From a virus, in IMG/VR virus record IMGVR_UViG_3300028045_000007, positions 1 to 64,000 of that record: DNA of 64,000 nucleotides, one strand, 5' to 3'. The position numbers were made by a program, and so were the translations under genes. The notes below the pieces were generated by a model. It was given only the letters and a program-made list of their open reading frames with translations. It was not told the origin of the DNA and did no database searches. Shown here in pieces: positions 18,681 to 29,450 of this stretch; the stretch's first letter is position 1, and each line of letters opens with the position of its first letter.

Positions 18681-19278
18681 CTTCTCCCGATCCTGAGGTA
18701 CAATAGAACCATGAAGATCACTGGACAACTAATGACGCAACCGCAAGCCACAGAGACCGCCGATGGTAGAGTGTTGGTAGCGGTCTTTGGAGTCATCGCG
18801 GTACCCAAAGGGAGCGAACTGGACATCACCCATAGGCAATTCATTGTCGCTGGTGGTGCTGATTGGTCCGGTATGCACACCGATTTGAAGATCCACCACG
18901 TGGAGACGCAAGATCACCCCGAGTGTAGGGGCATGGGTGTTACCGGCATCCTCACTAGCCCCATTTGGCGGGTATGATGATCGAGCAAGTACGCGGCACC
19001 AGAGCCCCGTGGGACGAACGTATCCAAGCCCTATGGGATGAGCGTGTGGCTCCTCTCTTCGCCGATGGTGAAACGTGCAGCCATGCCAACTACTTCTCCC
19101 CTCGGCCATACGTGGACGAATACAACCGGGCTACTCGTTTCGAGGGATTCTGCTACACCGTGCAGCCGGGGTATCGTGTTTGCATAAAAGAATGGTTCCC
19201 CTCTTGACTAGTACCGATTAGGTGCTATACTGTCATCGTGAACGAGAAAACGACATTCATCCACGAACGAGAATAGAT

Positions 19279-19731
19279 ATGGGACAATACTACCACGTCG
19301 TGAACCTGGACAAACGCGAATACCTCCACCCGCATCGTATGGGGGACGGCTTGAAACTCCTGGAGTTCGGCTCCTCAGGTGACGGCACCATGCTCGGGCT
19401 TGCCGTGCTCCTGGCAGACGGCAACGGTCGCGGAGGTGGAGACCTTCACTCTGAGCATCCCATCATCGGCTCATGGGCAGGGGATCGCATCGTCATTGCT
19501 GGCGACTACGCTGACGAGGGGAACTACATCGCCGCCGAGGACATCACCCCCGAAATGGTGGAACAGATCCGCGACGACTACGGCGACGAGGAGAAGGAGG
19601 TAACGCACGAGACCATCACTCTCTACACGCTTTCCTGCGTATCATTCCGCGAGGTTTCGGAAGAGGTGCGGGCCGCCTTGCAGGGCGACCAGTGGTGTGC
19701 GGAGAACATGCGAGCGGGCTTCGGCTCGTAA
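19279..19731 (+). CDS. Hypothetical phage protein
   Basis: MGQYYHVVNLDKREYL...GLKLLE...GSWAGDRIVIAGDY. Confidence 0.75.
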   Translation: MGQYYHVVNLDKREYLHPHRMGDGLKLLEFGSSGDGTMLGLAVLLADGNGRGGGDLHSEHPIIGSWAGDRIVIAGDYADEGNYIAAEDITPEMVEQIRDDYGDEEKEVTHETITLYTLSCVSFREVSEEVRAALQGDQWCAENMRAGFGS

Positions 19732-19784
19732 CGAAAATCCTAGGGGCCGCTTGACAAAGCGGCCCCTAGTGCTATACTGTAGTC

Positions 19785-20357
19785 ATGAATCACGCCGAAG
19801 AATCAATAGCCTACTACCTTGAGCATTATAGCTCGTGCCGCCTTGCGGCCCTCAACGCCCTGCTATTCTGTCTCAGTGGTGGTGCGGAATGGAATACCAA
19901 CGGCCAGCTAGACAACTGCTCAAGCGAGGTGCCGCCCGAGAAATGGTATCCGCCGGGTGATAGCCCGGAAGAGGCTAAAGAGTTCCACGATGGAAACGAT
20001 GCTTTCGAGCGAGCGTACTATGCCGAGAACACTTGGCACAATTGGTTTGATGCGTTCGACGTGATGCATTTCCATATCGGTGCAGTACCCGATAACGTTA
20101 GCGACGACTGGCTAGCTGTGTGTATCGAAGCGTGCGAAGCGTACCTAGCCGTGCCCAAGTGGATGCCCAAGATTGCAATAGGGTTCGACTACAGCGGCGT
20201 AACGTACACCGATGATGGTGAGCAGGTGGGAGAGATGCAACGGATTATGGAGCCGTGGCGATCCGATCCCGAGCTGAAGCTAGATAAGCCAGCCGTTACC
20301 AAAATCCTGGAAAAACTACTTGCAATTCGTGCTGAGCGTGATACAGTAGAGGCATGA
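19785..20357 (+). CDS. Hypothetical protein, leaderless
   Basis: TTGACA-N16-TATACT then ATG 6 nt later. Confidence 0.7.
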   Translation: MNHAEESIAYYLEHYSSCRLAALNALLFCLSGGAEWNTNGQLDNCSSEVPPEKWYPPGDSPEEAKEFHDGNDAFERAYYAENTWHNWFDAFDVMHFHIGAVPDNVSDDWLAVCIEACEAYLAVPKWMPKIAIGFDYSGVTYTDDGEQVGEMQRIMEPWRSDPELKLDKPAVTKILEKLLAIRAERDTVEA

Positions 20358-20632
20358 GAGTCAAAGTCGAATATGCTGAGAATCCCGAGTGGGATGGAAT
20401 CATCGAGGGCGAGACATGGAACGATATCATGCACTCTGGAGTAGGTTGCACGGCTACTCGCATGACGGTGCTACCCGAGATCGAGACCTATGCCGATCTC
20501 CTCGCTCTCCAGGCAGAACGGTTCCCCGAGGGAGACGTATGTGAGGACAACGGGGGTCAACTCATCATATACACTGGTCTCCAAGAGACCAAGGGCGGGG
20601 AGTTGGAGCCAGCGGGAGAGCCGGAAGACTAG
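20354..20632 (+). CDS. Hypothetical protein sharing the GGQ(L/I)xIYTGL module with 21737..22063
   Basis: Shared C-terminal motif. Confidence 0.65.
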   Translation: MRVKVEYAENPEWDGIIEGETWNDIMHSGVGCTATRMTVLPEIETYADLLALQAERFPEGDVCEDNGGQLIIYTGLQETKGGELEPAGEPED

Positions 20633-20891
20633 AAGTCTGGCAAAACGCTTTACCTAAAATCCTACAGTGTGGCGTTTTGCGTTACTAAACACACCCCCAC
20701 CCCCAGCGGTACGCGGCCTGCCATTCTGGCAGGCTGCTGCCATTTTGGCTGTCAAGCACTTTCCGGCAACTCTTTGCCGGAAAAGATTTCCACCCCACAA
20801 TATCGACAATCCATTTGCTTTTCGTGCTCAGTGTAGTATGATGAGGTGTTCAATCAATCAACCAACCGCTCACCAGAGCAAGGTAACACCC

Positions 20892-21239
20892 ATGAACGTC
20901 ATCACCCAATCCGAAGCCGCGAACCTCATCCGTCAGAGTGGCGGCAAGCTCTTCGGAGTCACCTTCCTGACCCGTGGCAAGGGCAATCTCCGCCGGATGA
21001 CCGCACGGACTGGCGTCCGCAAGGGCACCACGGGCGAGGGCCAGAAGTTCAACGCCCGCGACCTCAACCTGATCACCGTTCACGAATTCGTGACGGATGA
21101 GGCACGGGACGCGAGGGGTCGCTATCGCAATCTCACCACCCAATTCCGGAACGTGGCGATCGAGGGAATCACCCGGCTCAAGGTCGGCGGAACCGAATAC
21201 GACGTGGTTCCGGACACTTCCGGAGACTCTCCCTTCTAG
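20892..21239 (+). CDS. SH3/WYL-like beta-barrel protein, paralog 1
   Basis: GGKLFGVTF....G..RRMTAR.GV.KG; close paralog of 23150..23476. Confidence 0.65.
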   Translation: MNVITQSEAANLIRQSGGKLFGVTFLTRGKGNLRRMTARTGVRKGTTGEGQKFNARDLNLITVHEFVTDEARDARGRYRNLTTQFRNVAIEGITRLKVGGTEYDVVPDTSGDSPF

Positions 21240-21736
21240 TCTAGCCCATAGGGCTAAACAAAAATCCAAGGCCCCGCTTGACAATGCGGGGCCTTGTGCT
21301 ATACTGAAGGCATGAAGAAATGCAGCACACACGGCGGAACGGAATGGAAAGGCGGCTACTGCGACAAGTGGTCCACCGATGCGGGGAAAGGCCCGTGCGT
21401 TGAGACTCACGAGCCCGAGCCCGGCACCTACGCCCACACGGCTCGTATGCTGGTCGATTGCGGGATGGACCCGGATGAGGCCGATCGCTGGAAAGACGAA
21501 ATGAAGGAGCGGGATCTGTAGCCTGCCACAATGGCGGGGCCTAGCGGCCCCGCTAGTCGCTCCCTAAGCTCCCTGGCGGAGACCACCCCGCACCCCGCGT
21601 GGCTTAGCTACGCATGGCGAGCGAGGGTAGGCACACAAGCCCGCACGGGCAGCCTGATAGCCTGCTGTGAGCTTGAAAAGAGAAAAGAAAAGGGAAATGC
21701 CGCTTGCCTTTTCCCAATCGTGTGGTATAATAGAGC

Positions 21737-22063
21737 ATGAAATACAAAATCACCTGGACAGAGAATGTTGGTTACGAAGCAATCGTCGAAGGAGCAGACA
21801 GCCCCGAGCAGGCCCTAGAGTGGTTCCAAGATGATGCGGGCGAGTGGAATCCTCAGTCTACCGACTACTGTGAAATCGAACAGGACTCAATCGAGGTAGA
21901 GCCCTACTTTGATTCCAAAGAACAGCTTTCGGAACTCTGTTTCAAGCTGAGGACCGTACTCCCTCACCTGGAAGCTACCAGAGACGAAGGGGGTCAGATC
22001 GTGATCTACACTGGTCTCAAACTCACCGACCAAGGCAATCTGATCGAGCACGAACCCGAGTAG
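21737..22063 (+). CDS. Cassette gene, hypothetical
   Basis: Leaderless after a repeat-borne promoter. Confidence 0.7.
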   Translation: MKYKITWTENVGYEAIVEGADSPEQALEWFQDDAGEWNPQSTDYCEIEQDSIEVEPYFDSKEQLSELCFKLRTVLPHLEATRDEGGQIVIYTGLKLTDQGNLIEHEPE

Positions 22064-22650
22064 AATCAGAAGTGTGGAAAAAGGCTTTACTTAGAATTTC
22101 AGCAGTCTAGGAAAATCCTTTACTTACATATACCACACACCCTTGGGGGCCGCCAGATTGGCGGTCTCCTGCCATTGTGACAGTCAAGGGAAATCGCCGA
22201 AATATTCGTGTCAAGCGAAATCACCGGAATATTCTTTTCGAGAATTCACTTGACAATCGCCTATCGTGGGGTATACTCTCACCATGAAGCAACCGACAAG
22301 CGAATACAGGCTGGCCATGGCGGACAAGGTGGACGAGTGGATACCCGCGTGCGGTGGTCACGAGGAGCCATTCACGGTCAACCATACCCGCTGGCAATAC
22401 ATGTACAACCCGGCCACGGGTGAGCATGGCTATCTGAATCTCGATACCGATATCATCGAGACTCCAGAATGGCTCTAGGTGACCCTCAGGCGGCCCACGG
22501 GCCGCTCTGCGAGGCTTTATTTTTTCGCACGTGGCTAAGCCACGCGGGCGGGCGGGCGGTGCCCGCAGCGGGCCGCACAGGCCGCGTGAGAGCATAAAAG
22601 AAAAGCAATTGAGAACTTGACAATCGCAGATCGTAGGGTATACTGTAGTC

Positions 22651-22782
22651 ATGAAAGCCAAAAAAATCCGTGTACCAGTGCAATGCAATGAGTGTGGAAA
22701 AAAGTTCAAGGTCACGAACTTGAGTGGACGGTGCCCAAAATGCCGAGGATGCGATTTCGAGCCTACTTTTGAAGTAGCCTAG
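22651..22782 (+). CDS. 43-aa zinc-ribbon cassette gene
   Basis: MKAKKIRVPVQCNECGKKFKVTNLSGRCPKCRGCDFEPTFEVA; fills the gap between two repeats. Confidence 0.7.
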   Translation: MKAKKIRVPVQCNECGKKFKVTNLSGRCPKCRGCDFEPTFEVA

Positions 22783-23149
22783 CGTCCACGAGAGGGGTCT
22801 ACGGGCCTCTCTCCGGGGTTATGTTTTTTCCCGCGTGGCTAAGCTACGCGGAAATCGACTCGTGCCCGCAGCGGGCCGCACAGGCCGTCTGAGAGCATAA
22901 AAGAAAAGCAATTTAGAATTTGACTTTTCGAGTTCACGTGGTACAATGTAACCATGACAAGAAAGATCATTGAGGACCAGGGACAGTTCTACGCTGTCGA
23001 ATACGACCCGCACTATCCCGCCGAGGTTACCATCATCGGCACTTTTGCCGATCGGGAAAAAGCCCAGGAAGTTCTTGACAAACGCTCCTGATAGGGTATA
23101 CTCTCAGTGTTCATCGACTGCTACCGCCGACAAGGCAAGGCAAACAACT

Positions 23150-23476
23150 ATGACTCAGATCACTCAGACCGAAGCCGCCCGCATGATCCGCAACTCCGGG
23201 GGCAAGCTCTTTTCCGTCACGTTCACGAAGCGGAGCACTGGCTCCCGTCGCCGCATGACCGCCCGCGTGGGCGTTCGCAAGGGCGTTTCGGGTGGCGGGC
23301 AGCGGTTCAATCCCGCCGACCATCATCTCTTGACCGTTCACGAATTCGTGACGGACCCCGCACGGGGCGACAGGGGGCAACTCAGCAATATGGGCACGCA
23401 ATGGCGGAGTGTGCCGATTGACGGGATCACCGAGCTTCGGTGCGGTGGCCAAATCTTCCAAGTGAAGGACGCCTAG
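23150..23476 (+). CDS. SH3/WYL-like beta-barrel protein, paralog 2
   Basis: GGKLFSVTFTKR..G..RRMTARVGVRKG. Confidence 0.65.
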   Translation: MTQITQTEAARMIRNSGGKLFSVTFTKRSTGSRRRMTARVGVRKGVSGGGQRFNPADHHLLTVHEFVTDPARGDRGQLSNMGTQWRSVPIDGITELRCGGQIFQVKDA

Positions 23477-23664
23477 AAAACACCCCCGCAGGGGCGGCTG
23501 AGGCCGCCCCTGCGGACTTCTCCCGAGCTTTATTTTTGGGCACGTAGCTTAGCCACGCTGAAATCGCCACGTGCCCGTGGCGAGCCGCACAGGCCCGATG
23601 AGGACACGAAAAAGAAAAAGGGTATTCTACTTGCAATTTCAAGGCAATAGGGTATAATGAAACC

Positions 23665-23997
23665 ATGACGAACAGCAAGAACAACCGCAGCGAACGCAGC
23701 ATCCTTCTCTCCGTCTTCTCGGACGTGTTCAAGGATGTCAACGGCTTCCGCCCTACGGGGTGCCTGTTCCCCTCGGAATGCACCGAGGAGGAGATCCAGG
23801 CCAAGCTGGACGCCCTCCAGGTGACCCTGGAGGAGCAACTTGCCGAGGAGCAGGCTATCGACGATGATCTGGATGAGCGTTTCGAGGATTGGCGGGATGA
23901 CGCCGAAGCCATGGATGGCGATTTCGACAGCGGGATGGCTTCCGCCGGTTTCGGTACGGATGAGGACTACGGCTGCTATGGCGATGACGGCTGGTAA
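23665..23997 (+). CDS. Acidic cassette protein
   Basis: SDVFKDVNGFRP and MASAGFGTDEDYG; leaderless. Confidence 0.75.
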   Translation: MTNSKNNRSERSILLSVFSDVFKDVNGFRPTGCLFPSECTEEEIQAKLDALQVTLEEQLAEEQAIDDDLDERFEDWRDDAEAMDGDFDSGMASAGFGTDEDYGCYGDDGW

Positions 23998-24426
23998 GCC
24001 GACAAGGGAGCGAACAATGCGACTCAGTTACCAATGGACCGGAACGAACGATAGGGGCGATGGCGAGGCGGATCTGGAACTTGAACCCCCTTGTTGTCCG
24101 GATCACTGTGGCGGCGACCTCTTTCTCGAAAGCGACCCCCGCGACAACCCCGAAAGCGAAGTGTGGCGGTGCTGCGACTGCAAACTAACATGGGACGGCT
24201 GCGGCTACGAAATCGAAGACGAGGAGTAGCCTGCCAGAATGGCGGGGCCTAGCGGCCCCTCCAGTCACTCCAGGAGCCCGCGTGCGGGGAGCGACCTCGA
24301 CCCCTTGTGGCTTAGCCACGCGGAAATTGACTCGTGCTCGTGGCGGCCCGTATGGGCCGCCTGAGGGCACAAAAAGAAAAGCAATTTGGTTCTTGCATTT
24401 CGAGGATAGTGTGGTATTATCTAACC

Positions 24427-24627
24427 ATGGAATACATCGACAGCAACGGCGACACCTGGACCATCTCCCTTGACCCGAAGCCCATCCCGACAGCGGCTCT
24501 GGATATCGACTACTGCCATGAGGACTACGATGGGGCTCCTGACGCCCACGATCACCGTTGTGGCAACGCGGGCAGTATTGCCGAGGCCAAGGCGATAATC
24601 GAAGAGATCGCGGCAGACTACGCCTGA
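24427..24627 (+). CDS. Cassette gene, hypothetical
   Basis: PKPIP...HEDYDGAPDA.D.RCG; leaderless; between repeats. Confidence 0.7.
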   Translation: MEYIDSNGDTWTISLDPKPIPTAALDIDYCHEDYDGAPDAHDHRCGNAGSIAEAKAIIEEIAADYA

Positions 24628-24833
24628 AAAACCCCGCACGGGCGGCTCAGGCCGCCCCTGCGGGCTTCTCGCGAGCTTTATTTTTTCCCGTGTGGCTTAG
24701 CTACGCTGAAATCGCCACGTGTCCGTGGCGAGCCGCACAGGCCCGCTGAGGGACACAAAAAGAAAAAGCATTTAGAGCTTGCTTTTTTGAGTACAGATGA
24801 TATACTCTCAGTGTTCAAACAAAGGAGCAAACC

Positions 24834-25124
24834 ATGAACAAGCACGAAGCAACACGTCTCGCATCGCTGGCCAAAGGCAAGGCCCTCATCCTGGAAGGCC
24901 AGTTTGAAATCCTGGACACCGTTGTCACTTTCGAGTTCAGGCCCGGCACCCCGGAGTTCGAAGTCGGCTGCAAGGCCCTTGAGATCCTGGAGGCAAAGCT
25001 GGAGGCCGCACAAGGTGAGGCTACAATGCTCTGGGGACTCGCCCTGGATGACATCGAGGAGCCTGGAGAAGAGTACACCGAGCAGGATGCTGCTCGCGAC
25101 TTCGGGGCCGAGCCCAAAGATTGA
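24834..25124 (+). CDS. Cassette gene, hypothetical
   Basis: AAGGAG RBS; between repeats. Confidence 0.7.
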   Translation: MNKHEATRLASLAKGKALILEGQFEILDTVVTFEFRPGTPEFEVGCKALEILEAKLEAAQGEATMLWGLALDDIEEPGEEYTEQDAARDFGAEPKD

Positions 25125-26813
25125 CCGCTGCTCCTCTGGCGGCCCCTCGCAGAAAGCTGCGAGGGGCCGTTTCTACGTGTCCAGGAGCCCCGTGGGCGAG
25201 AGCCCACAAAACGCACGTGGCTAAGCCACGCGGGCGTGCCGGTGGTGCCCACAGCGGGCCGCATGGGCGGCCCCGTGGAGTCCTGTCAGAGCGAAAAATA
25301 AAATTGAGATACTACTTGCCTTTTCGAGTTCTTGTGATATACTCTCAGTGTGAAGCAAACAATCATCAAAGGAGCAAACATGCAGTACACTCACAGCGTT
25401 TGGGAAGATCACGGACATTTCATCGGGTTGCGGCTTGGCAATTGGGAACTCCTCATGTACACGGGGGCGGATGAGCCTTTTTGGAAGGTGTCCAGAATGC
25501 AACGGCGTGGTTGCTTCCGGGGCGGTATGCACTTCCTGCGGTACTTCTCCCTGATCCGCTACTGGCCCTCAGAGGTGCATCATGCCGAGCTTGGTTGAAC
25601 ACCTCCTGGAACGTCTCCAGCGAGCTTCAGAGGAGCGACAGCGGCAGCACGAGGCAATCATGCGAGAGCTTGTCGAGACGAAAATCACGCCGATGGATCG
25701 GGAATGGATCGTCCGCAAAAATCGGGACAAAGAAATAAAAGATTGAGCTTGACAAAACGCCAGGGTAGGGTATACTCTGGCGTTCAATCAAACCAACAAA
25801 GGAGCCAGCATGATTCTTCAAGTGACCTACCAAGACGCCAGCGAGCCCGATTGCTGCCGAGTGGACTACATCGTGACCGTGGACGGCACCGAGCACTGCC
25901 TCGCCCCGTCCGCCCTCGGCACCAAGTACAACGACCGGGAAGCTATCGAGCGTGCCCGCATGCTCTTCGGCCCCGGCGTCTGCCTGCTCTTCTGATGCTG
26001 CTCCTCCTCTGGCCCCTCGCAGAAAGCTGCGAGGGGCCATTTCTACGTGTCCAGGAGCCCCGTGGGCGAGAGCCCACAAAACGCACGTAGCTAAGCCACG
26101 CGGAAATTGACTCGTGCTCGTGGCGGGCCGTACAGGCCCGCTGAGAGCACAAAAAGAAAAAGCATTTAGTTCTTGCATTCTGACGATTGTGTGATATAAT
26201 GACACCATGAACGACACGAGCAAGAGCGATAAGCGGTACGGGCAGAGCGGGGAGTGGGGCAAGCTCTCGCAAGCCTACCGCAAGGCCGCGAACAAAAAGA
26301 GCCGCAAGAAAGCCAAAAAAGAACTTGACAATCCCGCTCAGTAGGGTATACTGTGGCAACTTCAACAAAGGAGCAAGACATGACCCAGTTCAACGACAAC
26401 CTTGAAATCGGCGGAGACCTTCAGGACGAGTACAAGGCCATTCAGGAGGCCGAGCTGCTCGCAGAGGCCCCCGAGCCCGAGCCGATGACCCCCGCCGACG
26501 AAGAGGGCTTTTACGCGGAATGGTGCTACGATAACGGGGTGACCCCCGAGGAGATGGCTCTCGCCCAGGAGATGATCGAATTCGAGGAACGCTAGTGCAT
26601 CGCTGCTCCTCCTCTGGCCCCTCGCGGAAAGACCCGCGAGGGGCCATTTCTACGTGTCCAGGAGCCCCGTGGGCGAGAGCCCACAAAATCAGCGTAGCTA
26701 AGCCACGCGGAAATCGCACCGTCTCCGCACGCGGGCATACAGGCACGCTGAGAGCACAAAAAGAAAAAGCATTTGGTTCTTGCATTTCGAGGATAGTGTG
26801 ATACTATCTAACC

Positions 26814-27329
26814 ATGAAGCAACGGAAAGAAATCATCTCGGCAACGCGGGCCATCCTTCACGAGTGCGTCCAGCTTGCCCCCCAGTGGGATCGCGAAATC
26901 AACAACGTGACCATCACGATCAACTCTCGGCTCACCGCGTGTGCGGGAAGGGCCAACATCCTGAAGGGAGAAATTCAGATTTCCCTTCCCTACTTTGCCG
27001 ACGATGGCAACTTCAACACCGCCCTTCGGGAAGTGGTTACGCATGAACTGGCCCATCTCCTCTCTCCCCCGACTCTCAAGGGACGCAAGAGAGACGTTCA
27101 CGGGCGAGCCTGGAGGGCCATGCACCGCCTCCTCGGTGGCAATGGTGACCGTTGTCACACTCTGGAGCTTGCGGCAGGCTACCAACGCAACACGCGGGGC
27201 CGTACGGCTCGTGTAGCGGTCTCCTGCGGTTGCGGTTGTGGCCAGCCAATGAAGCTGGGGCCGACTCAACTCAAGAGACACAATCGGGGTGAAACGTACT
27301 GCCTGAAGGGCCACAGACGCCGGTTCTAG
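26814..27329 (+). CDS. SprT-like zinc metalloprotease domain protein
   Basis: RLT..AGRA, VVTHELAHL (HExxH), HGRAW, C-terminal Cys cluster. Confidence 0.85.
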   Translation: MKQRKEIISATRAILHECVQLAPQWDREINNVTITINSRLTACAGRANILKGEIQISLPYFADDGNFNTALREVVTHELAHLLSPPTLKGRKRDVHGRAWRAMHRLLGGNGDRCHTLELAAGYQRNTRGRTARVAVSCGCGCGQPMKLGPTQLKRHNRGETYCLKGHRRRF

Positions 27330-28051
27330 AAAACACCCCCGCAGGGGCGGCTCAGGCCGCCCCTGCGGGCTTCTCGCGAGCTTTATTTTTTCGCCTGTGG
27401 CTAAGCCACGCGGAAATCGCCTCGTGCCCGCACGCGGGCGTACAGGCCCGCTGAGGACACAAAAAGAAAAACGATTTAGAATTTGCTATTTCGAGGTAAT
27501 CGGGTATACTGTGGCATGGTCAAGACAGACGACAGCCAGACGCGGGAACACCTCACCATCCTCACCATCACTGACAGCCACGGAATGGTCGTGCTGAGTG
27601 AGACCGTCCGGAAGGACGACGCAGAGGCCATCATCGCGAAGTTCCTCTCCACTATCCGCTAGGAGCCTTCTATGTACCCTGAGTTTACCCTGATCGACGA
27701 TGGCACGCTTGATACAGTATGCCAGTGTGACCGTTGTGGCGAAGTCCTGCGGTTCTCTGGGGCCACGAGAGACGAATTGGGATATGTTGATCCTGAGTGG
27801 CTTGCCGATCAGGCCGAGCATCATGCCGACAGCGGCGATTGTGCCGACTAGCAGCCACCCGGAGGGGTCCAGGAGCCCCTCTCCAGGGCTCTATTTTTTC
27901 CCGCGTAGCTAAGCCACGCGGAAATGAGCCCGTGCCCGCTGCGGGCCGCACAGGCCCGATGAGGGACACAAAAAGAAAAATCAATTAGTGCTTGCATTCT
28001 GACGATTTCGAGGTATACTGTTCACATGGATACAGCAAGCGAAACGAACCA

Positions 28052-28474
28052 GTGGGCCACGTTCAACTTGAGATTTTTCACGTACGAGCGGTAGACTCCC
28101 ACCGAGGACAACTCGACAAGGGGGGTCTACCCTACATTCTGCACCCCTTGACCGTAATGGGGAGCGTGGACGGCATAGAGGCCAAGACCGTGGCCGTGCT
28201 GCACGACGTGGTAGAAGACACGCACGTATCGCTGGAGACGCTCTCCTTCCTTTTCCCTGATCTCATCGTGCGGGCCGTGGACGCTATCTCCAAACGTGAA
28301 GGGGAACTCAATCGAGCCTATTGGGAGCGTGTCAAGGCTAACCCGCTGGCCCTGGAGGTCAAGCTGGCAGATATCGCTCACAACACCTCGCCCGGTCGAG
28401 TGGCCGCACGAATCGAAGCAAGGCACGAAGCGAAAAAAACCGCAATGGTGGAGAAAGCCCATGCTGGAGAATGA
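28052..28474 (+). CDS. HD-domain hydrolase (SpoT/Mesh1-like)
   Basis: H.GQ.DKGG.PYILHP, AVLHDVVEDT, VKLADI.HN; start codon uncertain. Confidence 0.85.
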   Translation: MGHVQLEIFHVRAVDSHRGQLDKGGLPYILHPLTVMGSVDGIEAKTVAVLHDVVEDTHVSLETLSFLFPDLIVRAVDAISKREGELNRAYWERVKANPLALEVKLADIAHNTSPGRVAARIEARHEAKKTAMVEKAHAGE

Positions 28475-29348
28475 TGACATGTATGACATGGGGGTCACTA
28501 TGTGCTCGGCTGGTGTCGTGCTCGTGGTGCTCTTGCCCATCGGGCTGGCCGTGTCCCTGCTGATCGTGAGCTTTCTGTAGGATAGGAAAGCCGAAAAATC
28601 CTACAGTGTCACAATCCCCCTTTAGGGGCCGGGTATGTGCGTTCTACTCCCTAGTGCGTAGGCAATTCGTTCCTGGGAAAATCCTTCCCAGCAATCCTTT
28701 CGTACGTATTAGTGCGTATGGAAATTCTATCATAGAAGCATACCATACCCTGAGTGGAAGTCAAGCAAAATCACCGAAATCTTTTGATATTTTCCGTGCC
28801 AAGTGGATTCCACAAAACAAAATAGCAGAACTGAATTGTCCTAACCCGCTGCAAAAGCACGAGTTAGGGCGTTTTCGAATACTACATTGGCCCGCCGATT
28901 TGCTTCTCGCCCATAGCAGGGTATACTGTCCCCATGAGTGAAGCACAAGACAACGGAATGGAAATCGCCGAGCGGGATGCCGCTCAAGAACAGAACGCCG
29001 AGAAGACTACACTGTCCGGCATTGGTAAGATGCTTAGGGGCATAGTCAAGAGTAACCCACACGGTGCGGAGTACTGGCGAGATGCCGCTCGCCGGATTCA
29101 GGAACGGATGTTCCAGGACATCGTGTAGAAAAAACCCCGCACGGGCGGCTGAGGCCGCCCCTGCGGGCTTCTCCCGAGCTTTGTTTTTTCGCACGTGGCT
29201 AAGCCACGCGGAAATCGCCCCGTGTCCGCACGTGAGCGTACAGGCCCGCTGAGGACACAAAAATAAAAGCAATTTAGAACTTGCATTTTCCCAATACTGT
29301 GGTATACTGTCGGCGGATTGAGAAACACGAAACCACGGAACAAACGAA

Positions 29349-29450
29349 ATGACCACCCGCACCTGCCTCACCTTGCTGACCCTCGCCGCTGGCACCGCCT
29401 GCTGGCTCGTTTTCGCTCTCGCCTCTACCGCTACCGCTGCTGGTCTCTAG
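29349..29450 (+). CDS. 33-aa hydrophobic peptide, paralog of 30289..30397
   Basis: MTTRTCLTLLTLAAGTACWLVFALASTATAAGL. Confidence 0.55.
   Translation: MTTRTCLTLLTLAAGTACWLVFALASTATAAGL

Noticed and set aside
22530-22544. Array palindrome as a parS site
   Set aside because: No match to the TGTTTCACGTGAAACA consensus, and its fixed distance to promoters suggests another role.
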